Shown here one piece after another: positions 48,702 through 57,899 of a DNA stretch of 64,000 nucleotides. Origin of the DNA: Bdellovibrionales bacterium (lineage in GTDB: Bacteria; Bdellovibrionota; Bdellovibrionia; Bdellovibrionales; UBA1609). The stretch spans positions 35,433-99,432 of the forward strand of contig JBFWVI010000001.1 in NCBI GenBank assembly GCA_050246815.1. The letters are read 5' to 3'. The notes under the pieces were generated by a model. The model worked only from the letters and a program-made list of their open reading frames with translations, did not search any database and was not told the DNA's origin. Both the position numbers and the translations under genes were made by a program. Every line of letters starts with the position of its first letter. Position 1 is the first letter of the stretch.

Positions 48702-49475
48702 TTGAGCGATTCAATTTTGCATGTTTACAAAAAATATCTGCCCGAGGGGGCTCGACTTCAAAATCAAGTCAGAGGCTTTGCCACGCTGACGGTCTTAAGC
48801 GACCCGCACCAACCGCTTGGTTTTGGTTGGCATCAGGATTCGCGTTTGGCCAGCCTGATGGCGATTGGGCACCACTTGCGCCGCCGCCTACCCGAGCTTT
48901 TGGCCTTACCCATGATGCCAAATGGATCCTGGGCTTACGCCGTTCAACGTGCGGACGCGCGAACCGCTAGCATTTTGCGGGCGGTGAAGGCTTGGGCCCT
49001 GAACCACGTGCGCGGGCATCAGCCAATTTTAAAAACGCAAAACATCACGGATGTTTTACCGCTTGAAACGTTACGGGAGTGGTTGCCAGATGCAAAACAA
49101 GCCTGGGGCTGGGGCGCACCCATTTCATTTTTTGAGGCCGAGGCTGGTATTATGCATCTGCAGTTTGGCCTGCTGATGGTCGAGGATGGCCAAGGTTTGG
49201 CGCATTTGGCCAGTGGCGTCAGTATGAATAATGACTCGCCGTGGATTCAGGCTTTGATGGAGCTGTGGTGGCAGCGCCAGGGGTTGCAAAAAAATCGAAA
49301 TAACGATTTGATCGTTCGCCTTATGACCAGTTCGGGCACTTTGCCTTGGCCGGGGCTCAGGATCAACATGATCCAAGGCTATGATCTGGCGCAAATTCCC
49401 GGAGATTTGCCAGGGCATTTGTGGTGTGCATCCGCCGAAGGTGGGGAGAATGAACAGGCACCCACCTTCAACTAG
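48702..49475 (+). CDS. hypothetical protein, possibly degenerate YcaO-like
   Basis: 257-aa ORF, GAGG RBS + TTG start, co-oriented with rmuC. Confidence 0.55.
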   Translation: MSDSILHVYKKYLPEGARLQNQVRGFATLTVLSDPHQPLGFGWHQDSRLASLMAIGHHLRRRLPELLALPMMPNGSWAYAVQRADARTASILRAVKAWALNHVRGHQPILKTQNITDVLPLETLREWLPDAKQAWGWGAPISFFEAEAGIMHLQFGLLMVEDGQGLAHLASGVSMNNDSPWIQALMELWWQRQGLQKNRNNDLIVRLMTSSGTLPWPGLRINMIQGYDLAQIPGDLPGHLWCASAEGGENEQAPTFN

Positions 49476-49512
49476 GTAAGACGGGCTCGAAACGATTTGA
49501 ACGTGAGGGGTT

Positions 49513-50757
49513 ATGCAAGAAATTTTTTTTCCCGCACTCAGTGGTGCATTGGCAGGTGCGTTGGCTGTCACCGTTTGGCGACTGCGGCAATTGTCGCGTG
49601 AGAATGTCGAGCTGTCCACAGCGCGTGGGCAAAGCGAGCAGCGCGCCGTCAGTGCCGAAGCGCAAAACCTGAATTTGCATAAGCAGCTGCAAGATCAATT
49701 CCAAAACCTTGAACAAACCAAACGGCAACTGCACACCGAATTCGAAAATCAACACCGTCGTTTTTTGGAGGAAAGCCAAGAGCGAATGCAGCGTTGGTCG
49801 AAGGACTCCTTTCAGACTTTGGTTCAGCCGGTGGATCAGGAGCTGAAGCTGCTGCAAAAGCGCATCCACGAAGTTTATGACATCGAATCGCGCGAACGCT
49901 TGTCATTGAAAAATGAAATCGAATTTATGGTCAAAGCCCAAGGGCAGTTGAGTCTTGAAGCCCAATCGCTGACACAGGCTTTGCGTGGTGACTCGCGCGC
50001 CCAAGGCCATTGGGGTGAGATTGTTTTAGAGCGTATTTTGGAATCTTCGGGACTGCGCGAAGGCGAAGAATTTGTGGTGCAGGGGCGTGGCATGGGCCTG
50101 AAGTCCGAAGAAGGTCAAACTCGCAAGCCCGACGTTTTGGTGCGTCTGCCCGGTGATCGCCACTTGATTATTGATTCGAAGGTCTCCCTGACCAATTATG
50201 AACAGCATTTGCGGGCGCAGAACGAAACTGAGCGCCAAGAGCAACTTGATGAATTCTTACGCTCAATTCGCCGTCATTTAGACGATCTGTCGGCAAAAAA
50301 CTATAGCCAGCTTTATGGCGTTAATTCGCCCGATTTTGTATTGCTGTTCATGCCGACGGACGGTGCCTTCAGTCTGGCTCATCAAGCGGACCCGAATCTA
50401 TTTATCTTGGCCATGGAAAAGCGGGTGGCGATTGTGTCGCCATCCTTGCTGTTTCCAAACTTGCGTACGGTGGAGGCCATCTGGCGTCAAGAGCGACAAA
50501 ATCGCAATGCTGAAGAGATCGCCCGTCAAGCCGGCGGCCTTTATGACAAATTTGCTGGTTTGCTAGAGGATTTGGAATTGTTGAGCACCCACTTGCGCCG
50601 CGCCGACGAAACACGCGAAGCGCTGATGGGCAAACTCAAAGAGGGGCGAGGCAATTTATTGGATCGCGTGGAAAAATTAAGAACCTTGGGTGCGCGCACA
50701 AAAAAACGTCTGCTGGCCGAGGCAGACGCCCCGGCCGAGACAGATAGTTCACTTTAA
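49513..50757 (+). CDS. rmuC: DNA recombination protein RmuC
   Basis: QGHWGE..LERILE.SGL, KPDV, IIDSKVSL, DFVLLFMP. Confidence 0.95.
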   Translation: MQEIFFPALSGALAGALAVTVWRLRQLSRENVELSTARGQSEQRAVSAEAQNLNLHKQLQDQFQNLEQTKRQLHTEFENQHRRFLEESQERMQRWSKDSFQTLVQPVDQELKLLQKRIHEVYDIESRERLSLKNEIEFMVKAQGQLSLEAQSLTQALRGDSRAQGHWGEIVLERILESSGLREGEEFVVQGRGMGLKSEEGQTRKPDVLVRLPGDRHLIIDSKVSLTNYEQHLRAQNETERQEQLDEFLRSIRRHLDDLSAKNYSQLYGVNSPDFVLLFMPTDGAFSLAHQADPNLFILAMEKRVAIVSPSLLFPNLRTVEAIWRQERQNRNAEEIARQAGGLYDKFAGLLEDLELLSTHLRRADETREALMGKLKEGRGNLLDRVEKLRTLGARTKKRLLAEADAPAETDSSL

Positions 50758-52997
50758 CCGCCCGGATACAGTATTTTCATTTCTTCGATATCTTGATGCA
50801 ATTTGCGCGTTCGTTCGCGCTCAGCGTCTTCGGCTCGCTCCGCCGCTTCACGCTTTTTATCAGCTTCGGTCGGCTTGGGAAGAATGCGCGTTTCAACCGG
50901 AGCCAAGACAGGCTTTTGCGCACCAGACACGGTCGTTTCACCCGCGGCCGGGTTCACAACAGGTTTCGTAGTGGATGATGCGCCATCTGCAGCGGACGGA
51001 CCTTTGCCTGATTTTGTACTGTAGCGGATGATGATTTTGGAGTCAGACTTCACCATGCCGCCTTCATAGATCTTCGCAAGCACTTCGTAGGCGATGATCA
51101 CTTGGGCCTGGTTTCGGGCCGTGTCCAACTCAAGCTTCACATTGGTGCCATTGAACATATGTTCTTTGCCCGAACCGTCGCGGATCAGCACTTCAACAGT
51201 CACCGGGTCAATGTCACTGACATCCGCGACGTTCCTCATTGGGAAAATATGGTCGTACTTCATGCGGAAGTCGGCGAAGTCACCGATTTTGGCCAGCGCC
51301 GGGCCAAAGTTGCCTTGACCCAAATCCAAGGCTTTACCTTTACCGTAAGCGATGACGTCCAAGTAACCATGACCCATTTCGTTGTCTTTGGAATACTTGT
51401 CACGCTTTTGCGGAATCGATTTGTTGTCCAGATACAAGACTCCAGAAAAAATCGTTGGCATGCCGTCGCTTGAGGCCTGAACGGCATCGTGCACGTGGCG
51501 TGCGGTCAAACGGCGTCCGTCGGCCGTGGCGGCACAAACATCGGTACGATTGAAGGCGTCGGTTTCGTTGCGGCGATCGCCTTCGGTGGCATAATTGCCT
51601 TTGAAACCCGTGCCAGCGTAATCAAAGCAGACGTCGTTTTCATCGGCGATGAAGAACACGGCCTTGGCCGCGTTGACTCGCCAGAAGCCGCGACGTTGCA
51701 TTTCGTTCAATTTTCGCGAATCTCGTACTGCGGTGTACAGATTCAAAAGGCCGGCCTCACCTTGGGCTTCTGAAGCGTCGTTGGGAACTTTGGCCATCAT
51801 TTCAGCCAAACGTTGGGCCGCAAGTTCAGCGCCTTCGCGGCGGCCCACGCTGATCACGTCTGATTTTTTCACGCCATTGCTCGGACGACCGTTGCGGGCG
51901 CGAGTGTCGGGATCGTTTTGTGAAATTTTGCCGATCACCAAGTCTTCAATTTGAATGACACTGTAATCGGTGGATTTGCTGGGTGGAGTGAAGAGCTCAC
52001 CCACCAGGCTGGTTTTACTGCGTGGACCGTGGCCCAGCAGAACCGCGATGCGGTAATCCACGTCATGTGAAAGTTCGTTGATGAATTTCACCATTTGACG
52101 GGCGATTTCAATCCGCTCTTCTTTCATCGAAGCCGACGTGTCGACCACAAACAAGATGTCGAGTTTGTTGGTGTAGGGGCGGGCGCGCAAGCCGATCTCG
52201 GGGCAAGTCAAAACTGGTTTTTGACGTTCGACCTGCACGGTTTCAATGCTGCAATCTTTTTCGCATTTGGGCGAGAAGGGGCGAGTGCTTGGATAGCAAT
52301 CCGCACCACGGCAGGTGCTCAAAATTTCCGAACGAATCGGAGTTTGAACGCGCATGCCTGTCGGAAACACAACCTCATCCACAACCGCGACACCGGTTAC
52401 GCCGAAGCCTGACGAAGGACGGCCGATTTGAATCGCGCCCCCATTGCCACCGGGTACGATGATCTGCACAGGGGCGGTTGGCTCTGGAATATAAGGAGGC
52501 GTGGCCGTCGGCGGCACAAAAATCGGCGGAGTGGTGGTGGTAGTCGGGGGAGTCGTCACGACAACAGGTGGGAGCGTCGGAGTTGTTGGGTCCGTCGGAG
52601 TCGTCGGCAGTGGCGTCACAACCGGCACATCCGGCGGCAGCGGTGTGGTCACCACAGGCGGTGGCGTCGGGCCAACTGGGGGCACCGGGGTACCCGGTGG
52701 AGTCGTGCGTGGCGGAATGACCACGGTCGGTGGCGGTGGCGGCGGTGCAGTTGGCGGAATCACCACACCCGGAGGTGGCGCCAGCGGCGGAATCACCACG
52801 CCAGGGTTCGGTCCCGGTTGCACTGGGGTGCCAGGAGGAATCGGGCGAACCGGGCCGCTGGGCTGAGCCGTGGGCTGAGGCGCGGGGCGATTGACCGAAG
52901 ACATGCGAGTCTTTTGACAAGCAGTTAAAGTTGTCACAGTGATGACCACCGCAAAAAAACGAAGAGTCTTATTATTAGTCATTTGTCTTGGGTCCAT
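50754..52997 (-). CDS. Pro/Thr-rich lipoprotein with vWA domain
   Basis: GGAGG RBS, lipobox LTAC, ~150-aa PPT/PPV linker, MIDAS DILFVVDTSASM. Confidence 0.85.
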   Translation of the reverse strand: MDPRQMTNNKTLRFFAVVITVTTLTACQKTRMSSVNRPAPQPTAQPSGPVRPIPPGTPVQPGPNPGVVIPPLAPPPGVVIPPTAPPPPPPTVVIPPRTTPPGTPVPPVGPTPPPVVTTPLPPDVPVVTPLPTTPTDPTTPTLPPVVVTTPPTTTTTPPIFVPPTATPPYIPEPTAPVQIIVPGGNGGAIQIGRPSSGFGVTGVAVVDEVVFPTGMRVQTPIRSEILSTCRGADCYPSTRPFSPKCEKDCSIETVQVERQKPVLTCPEIGLRARPYTNKLDILFVVDTSASMKEERIEIARQMVKFINELSHDVDYRIAVLLGHGPRSKTSLVGELFTPPSKSTDYSVIQIEDLVIGKISQNDPDTRARNGRPSNGVKKSDVISVGRREGAELAAQRLAEMMAKVPNDASEAQGEAGLLNLYTAVRDSRKLNEMQRRGFWRVNAAKAVFFIADENDVCFDYAGTGFKGNYATEGDRRNETDAFNRTDVCAATADGRRLTARHVHDAVQASSDGMPTIFSGVLYLDNKSIPQKRDKYSKDNEMGHGYLDVIAYGKGKALDLGQGNFGPALAKIGDFADFRMKYDHIFPMRNVADVSDIDPVTVEVLIRDGSGKEHMFNGTNVKLELDTARNQAQVIIAYEVLAKIYEGGMVKSDSKIIIRYSTKSGKGPSAADGASSTTKPVVNPAAGETTVSGAQKPVLAPVETRILPKPTEADKKREAAERAEDAERERTRKLHQDIEEMKILYPGG

Positions 52998-53061
52998 ACC
53001 TTTGCCTCCGCAAAAGTTACCGGGTCTCAAGTAAATTCTTCAGACCTTACAAGCACTCTTA

Positions 53062-53077
53062 TGCAAGCCATGGCCCA
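53062..53077 (-). promoter_or_regulatory. sigma54-like -24/-12 promoter
   Basis: TGGGCCATGGCTTGCA upstream of vWA lipoprotein 1. Confidence 0.45.
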
Positions 53078-53334
53078 GCCGCACAGACGTAAGGGAAACT
53101 TTGAAAGTGAGGTAATCTTGAATAGTTAGGTTGTTAATCAAAGGTTGATACGAGCGCTTTCCCGGCTAAGAACCAGCCGAGGTGACGCTTTTGGGCACAT
53201 TTGCTTTTGAGCAGGTGGGGAGGTTCGATTTCCGGACTCAGCGTGATTCGATAGCTCGGTAATTTTAAGATTTTCGTTGGTACGGGATTGCACTTAAGCG
53301 TTCGGATTAACAAAGAAATGAAGGGAGACTAGAG

Positions 53335-53613
53335 ATGTCTAATCCAATGCGCTATATTAGGGACCTAGAAGCCGCCGGATTTCAAAGAAATCAGGCTGAA
53401 GCTCAGGTTCAAATGGTTTTGGATGCAATTGAGGGTGATCTTGTGACTAAAAGTGATTTTGCGGTATTCCAGGAACGAATCGATAATCGATTCATTCAAA
53501 CTCAAAGTCAGATTAAAGAGTCCGAGTTTCGAGTGACGACTCGACTTGGATTATTGACGGTAAGCGCAGTTTCAATTGCAGTAGCGATTCTTACCTGGCT
53601 GATTAAAACCTAA
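53335..53613 (+). CDS. DUF1640/CCDC90-like small coiled-coil membrane-anchored protein
   Basis: LEAAGFQRNQAEA, LVTKSD, C-terminal TM; GGGAG RBS. Confidence 0.8.
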   Translation: MSNPMRYIRDLEAAGFQRNQAEAQVQMVLDAIEGDLVTKSDFAVFQERIDNRFIQTQSQIKESEFRVTTRLGLLTVSAVSIAVAILTWLIKT

Positions 53614-53712
53614 TGGATCTGAAGTCCACATAGCTACTTTTGACCAAGCTTTTCGAACCGAACCTTTGCTCGCCTTCAGGCCATGAAGCCTCTTGGCGAT
53701 TGCCAACTTTAG

Positions 53713-54765
53713 TCACTTCTGTCGTGAAGCGGGTTGGCCAAGCAGGCCAAAATCAAACTCAAAGGCATCGGGCTCGATCGGGAGTTTTGTTTTCAGCACA
53801 CTGAAATAAACCTGTTCGATCGAGGCCTTTAAATTCATGCGAAAGCGAAAGGCCTCATCATTGGGCAGGACAGGCTCACCGCTGCGCATCGCGCGCAGCA
53901 AAGCCCAAAACATCGGATGGCGGATGGTCACTTGATCGACCTGAGAATTGTGGTGAATACGATCATCCCACAAAAAAGGAGCCTCTTTATCGTACTGTTT
54001 ATTCAAACTTTCGGACTGATACTGGCCATTGCGTTGCTCGGTGGGGGTGGCGATTTGACCTTGTTTTTCGGTCACATGTTCAAGCAGCAGCAGGCGGCGG
54101 ATCTGAATGCCGATGGGAATGAACTGGCCTGCCAGCGGACGGGGGCTTTTTTCTTGCACCACGTTTTCAAATGGATGCTGGTGCACGCGCCACAGACGCA
54201 AAGCGGTGATGGCCTCAGGCGCATCGGGGCGAGTGGTGGATTTTAGGCCTTTGAGCACGGTTAAATAATCAAAGTAGGTGTAGCGGGCTTCACGAATGCT
54301 GAGATCGCGATTCATCTGCAAATGAATTTTTAAAAGCTGCATGCGGGTTTTCATGTTCAAATGAATACCTCGCGTCATCTGTCCCAAGCTTTCAAAGGGT
54401 CGGCGGCTTAAAAATGCCATCATGAATTCAGGCGAAATCGGGCGTTGTGCCTGGAAGCTGGCATTAAATGCCATCAAAGCCAGACGGTCCTGCTGCTCGG
54501 GCGTCAGCTCTTTCACCATGCGACTGGCCTTGAGCAGTTTTGTAAAACCATCCAGCCGACTGGCGTGGTTTTGATAAGGGGTTTTGATTTCAGTTTCGTG
54601 GACAAACAACAGCTGGTCACAGCCAAAAGGGACTTCGATGGCTTCAAGTGGGGCGTCGAAATTCAGCGGCATTTGCTCTTGGTTGGCAAAGGCCGTGGGG
54701 CAAATCCACACGCTCGCCATTGCCATCAGCCATTTGCTCAAACCAAGACCGCCACGTTTCATCAT
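53713..54765 (-). CDS. hypothetical secreted protein
   Basis: 350-aa ORF, signal peptide ending AFA, directly downstream of vWA gene 2. Confidence 0.6.
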   Translation of the reverse strand: MMKRGGLGLSKWLMAMASVWICPTAFANQEQMPLNFDAPLEAIEVPFGCDQLLFVHETEIKTPYQNHASRLDGFTKLLKASRMVKELTPEQQDRLALMAFNASFQAQRPISPEFMMAFLSRRPFESLGQMTRGIHLNMKTRMQLLKIHLQMNRDLSIREARYTYFDYLTVLKGLKSTTRPDAPEAITALRLWRVHQHPFENVVQEKSPRPLAGQFIPIGIQIRRLLLLEHVTEKQGQIATPTEQRNGQYQSESLNKQYDKEAPFLWDDRIHHNSQVDQVTIRHPMFWALLRAMRSGEPVLPNDEAFRFRMNLKASIEQVYFSVLKTKLPIEPDAFEFDFGLLGQPASRQK

Positions 54766-54768
54766 CGC

Positions 54769-56286
54769 CTACTTTTTGCCGGCTTCGTTGTAGGCGTAAC
54801 GGATCACGAGTGAGGCGCCCTCTTGGATCCACTTTTTCTTGTAGGCCATTTGCAAGGCCTCATAGGCGATGATGACTTCAGCCTTGGATTTTTTAAAATC
54901 CAAATGCAGGCGAACATTGCCGGCGGCGAAACCATGTTCTTCGCCATCGGCGGAGCGAATGCTGACCGCAACAGATTCAATGTCCAGGCGCTTGAGGTCG
55001 ATATTGCCGGGAATCACGAAGCTATTTTCGTACTTCATGTGGAAGTTTGAAAAGTCGCCGATTTTGCTCAAGGATTGACCGAAATCAGGATTTGCCAAAT
55101 CAAGCGAGATACCGTTCATGCCCTTGATTCGGCTGGCGGCGGCAATGAGCTCCAAATAACCACGCCCTGGCTCATTGTCGCGCGAGAACTTGTCGTCGCG
55201 GCTGGGGACTTTGTCTTCTTGGTAGTGGATGCCGGTGAAGATCACCGGTAAATCACCGCCGCGGGCATCACGCACCGTTTGTGCCACGATTTCAGGTGTC
55301 AGGCGCTGGCCATTCGCCACCGAACGGCAAACATCGCCGGCTTGAAAGGCGGCTTGCTCGCTTTTGCGGTCGCGTTCAGTGTCATAGGTGCCGACCACGG
55401 GTTTGCCTAAACGGTGGGTGGCCTCTTCATAGTCAAAGCAAACATCGTTTTCATCGGCGATCGTCACGACCAACAAAGCCGATTGATCGCCTAAAAAGCC
55501 AGCGCGTTTCATTTCGCTTAAGCGCACACCGTCTGAAAAGGCGGTGTACAGGTTCAGCAAGCCGGCCTCTCCTTGAGCCTCAGAGCGGTCGGTTGGCAGT
55601 TGGGCCAAACGTTGAGTCAAGGCCTCTGACACGCGTTTGGCGCTGGCGACACGCTCTTCGGCTGTTGCGGCCAAGCCATTTTCGTTGCCTTTGATCACCA
55701 ATTCGCCACCAGCCTCGGCATAAAGTTGGCCGACGCGGACGCCCGCTTTTGAGCGCGGTCCATGAGCCAGCATAATGCCTATGCGGTAAGAGACGTCGGG
55801 TGAAAGTTCAGCCACAAACTTGGTGATTTCGCGAGCCACCGCTTGATGTTCGTCGCGCATCGAGGCCGAAGTGTCGAGCACGAACAAGATGTCTAGCTGA
55901 TGGGTGCGTGGCTCAAAGCGCAAGGGTTGGTCGGTGGTGTATTTGCCGTCATCCGAGATCACGGCCTGGGCGCAGTCGGCGCCTTGGCAAGTTGCGACGC
56001 TTACTTCTTCGTCAGGATTATAGACACCCCTGACCTCAGGAACGACCGGGACTGCACCCGCGGACTCGGTCGCGGGCATGGAATCGTCGTTGCTGGCCTG
56101 AGAGGGTGGAGGGGGTGCCGGTGTGTCGGCTGTGGGTTGACCTTGTTCTGGGGAAGCCAAGCCGGGGCTGGCTTTTTCTTGGGTGGCAAGGCCTGGCTCA
56201 CCAGCGGTTTTCATGCGGGCTCTTTCGCAGCCCAAACCGCTGCTCAAACCCGCGATCGCCACTGACAGAATGAAAAGTTTTTTCAT
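54769..56286 (-). CDS. vWA-domain lipoprotein (paralog of 50754-52997)
   Basis: lipobox GLGC, DILFVLDTSASM, SEAQGEAGLLNLYTA, IADENDVCFDY. Confidence 0.85.
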   Translation of the reverse strand: MKKLFILSVAIAGLSSGLGCERARMKTAGEPGLATQEKASPGLASPEQGQPTADTPAPPPPSQASNDDSMPATESAGAVPVVPEVRGVYNPDEEVSVATCQGADCAQAVISDDGKYTTDQPLRFEPRTHQLDILFVLDTSASMRDEHQAVAREITKFVAELSPDVSYRIGIMLAHGPRSKAGVRVGQLYAEAGGELVIKGNENGLAATAEERVASAKRVSEALTQRLAQLPTDRSEAQGEAGLLNLYTAFSDGVRLSEMKRAGFLGDQSALLVVTIADENDVCFDYEEATHRLGKPVVGTYDTERDRKSEQAAFQAGDVCRSVANGQRLTPEIVAQTVRDARGGDLPVIFTGIHYQEDKVPSRDDKFSRDNEPGRGYLELIAAASRIKGMNGISLDLANPDFGQSLSKIGDFSNFHMKYENSFVIPGNIDLKRLDIESVAVSIRSADGEEHGFAAGNVRLHLDFKKSKAEVIIAYEALQMAYKKKWIQEGASLVIRYAYNEAGKK

Positions 56287-56334
56287 CTTCGCTCCCTTAT
56301 GTCGGACCATCTCAAAGGCCCAAGGGGCTGAAAA

Positions 56335-56350
56335 TGCAAATTTGCATCCA
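56335..56350 (-). promoter_or_regulatory. sigma54-like -24/-12 promoter
   Basis: TGGATGCAAATTTGCA upstream of vWA lipoprotein 2; overlaps palindrome ATGCAAATTTGCAT. Confidence 0.45.
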
Positions 56351-56496
56351 CTATCAGATCGAAATGATTGAGGTTTAAGGCTTTTAAAGAGCCGTTTTCG
56401 CGTCTTGGCCCATACTGGACGACCAATTTTGGCGCTTTGACATTCCCATGCGGGTTCACTAGATATCGATTCGAAGGGCCAAAAGGGAGCAAAAAC

Positions 56497-56925
56497 ATGA
56501 ATGTATTTAAATGTTTAACACTGGCTTTGGGGATTTTTTTAGCAGGCCCTGGGGTTGCCGCTGAGTTGCCACTGAAGCCCACAAACAAAAAAAATCCTCA
56601 GACGGAGCGACCGGTTCCCTTTCCCAAGATCACCTGTGCCAATTTAGAAGGGGAATTTTCGAAGCTCAAGACCATGACCAGTCAGCGCAATGAAGGGGTG
56701 GCCGGCTATATGGATGAAGTGATCGCCACCATCGACAAGTGGCACAAAGAATTGGTCAATATGGAAGGTCAAAGCGTCAACGTCCCGGTGGGCAAGTTCA
56801 GTCCGATGCTTGAAATGCAAAAGCAAATCGGCGAGTCGCAATCTGAAGTTTGGAATACCAACACAATTCTTGAAGCTCGTTTTGACGAGATGCTGGATGT
56901 TCTGCCAAGCTGTTTGAAGAAGTAG
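56497..56925 (+). CDS. hypothetical secreted helical protein
   Basis: GGGAG RBS before MNVFKC, signal peptide, Cys at each end of a helical domain. Confidence 0.7.
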   Translation: MNVFKCLTLALGIFLAGPGVAAELPLKPTNKKNPQTERPVPFPKITCANLEGEFSKLKTMTSQRNEGVAGYMDEVIATIDKWHKELVNMEGQSVNVPVGKFSPMLEMQKQIGESQSEVWNTNTILEARFDEMLDVLPSCLKK

Positions 56926-56936
56926 GAGAAAACATC

Positions 56937-57368
56937 ATGGCAGGCGCACAGGCCACAGAAGTGTTCAATTGCACGGTTCCTGAGTTTTACCAAATTATCA
57001 GTGATTATGAGAAATACCCCGAGTTCCTGGCCGAAGTAAAAGAGTGTAAGATCATCGAACGACGTGAAAACCAAAAGCTGGTCGAATTCCACGTGTCCAT
57101 GATCAAGACCTTCAGCTACCGCCTTTGGATGACGGAAAAGGCCCCCGAAAGTGTATCCTGGGTTTTGGACTCTGGGGATCTCTTCAAGGTCTCCAGCGGT
57201 TCTTGGGATTTGAAGGAAGAGGCCGGCCGAACCCGTGCCACTTACAATGTCGACGCCAAATTTAAAGTTTTCGTGCCAGGGCCTGTGGCGAAGGCTTTGG
57301 TGAACGTGAATTTGCCCAATATGATGAGCTCTTATCATAAGCGAGTGAAGGCTCTTTATGGCAAATGA
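56937..57368 (+). CDS. SRPBCC/START (RatA/Coq10-like) protein
   Basis: DYEKYPEFL, SGSWDL; AGGAG RBS. Confidence 0.85.
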   Translation: MAGAQATEVFNCTVPEFYQIISDYEKYPEFLAEVKECKIIERRENQKLVEFHVSMIKTFSYRLWMTEKAPESVSWVLDSGDLFKVSSGSWDLKEEAGRTRATYNVDAKFKVFVPGPVAKALVNVNLPNMMSSYHKRVKALYGK

Positions 57369-57732
57369 CAATGACCCCAAGTCGGCGGGTGAAAGCGAAG
57401 ATGCCTCGGGCTTGAAAATTGGTGATACGCTTAAAAAAGTGATCACGGCGGGCATCGGCGCAGCCTTTATGACCGAAGAGAGCATTCGCAATTATCTATC
57501 GGATTTAAAGTTACCCAAAGAGGCCATGAATCTGGTGCTGCAGTCGGCCGCAAAATCCAAAGAAGAGCTGATGAACAAAGTGGGCAACGAGATCATCAAA
57601 GTTGTTAATAAGATTGATTTCGTCAAAGAAGCCTCACGTTTCGTCGAAGAGCACAAATTCAAAATCAAAGCCGAAGTGGAAGTCGTCAAACGAGACTCCA
57701 CAAAAGGCGATTCTTCAAGCGACTCAATTTAA
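57358..57732 (+). CDS. hypothetical protein, phasin-like N-terminal helix
   Basis: ITAGIGAAFMTEESIR; overlaps upstream gene. Confidence 0.6.
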   Translation: MANDNDPKSAGESEDASGLKIGDTLKKVITAGIGAAFMTEESIRNYLSDLKLPKEAMNLVLQSAAKSKEELMNKVGNEIIKVVNKIDFVKEASRFVEEHKFKIKAEVEVVKRDSTKGDSSSDSI

Positions 57733-57830
57733 GACATTCACCAGGTGTTTGGTGATCAATCCGATTGCTGACTACTTTTTGGTCGTGTCTAGAGCTTAGG
57801 CGCCCGATAAGCATCTTGGCTTTTTAGAGT

Positions 57831-57846
57831 TGGCAAAAGCTTTGCT
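57831..57846 (+). promoter_or_regulatory. sigma54-like -24/-12 promoter
   Basis: TGGCAAAAGCTTTGCT upstream of Ig-repeat lipoprotein. Confidence 0.6.
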
Positions 57847-57899
57847 TTGATATGGCGTGGGGGACTTTTTTGGGGATGACATCCCAGGGTGAGGGGAAA

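Noticed and set aside
52375..52928. Repetitive GC-rich tract with overlapping ORFs, considered as array or repeat element
   Set aside because: Explained by Pro/Thr/Val codons of the vWA linker; no fixed repeat-spacer pattern
53278..53292. TGGTACGGGATTGCA as a sigma54 promoter
   Set aside because: GG-N9-GC spacing; sigma54 needs N10
56937..57732. RatA/RatB toxin-antitoxin pair
   Set aside because: Downstream protein is helical, not ubiquitin-like RatB; only the SRPBCC fold is supported
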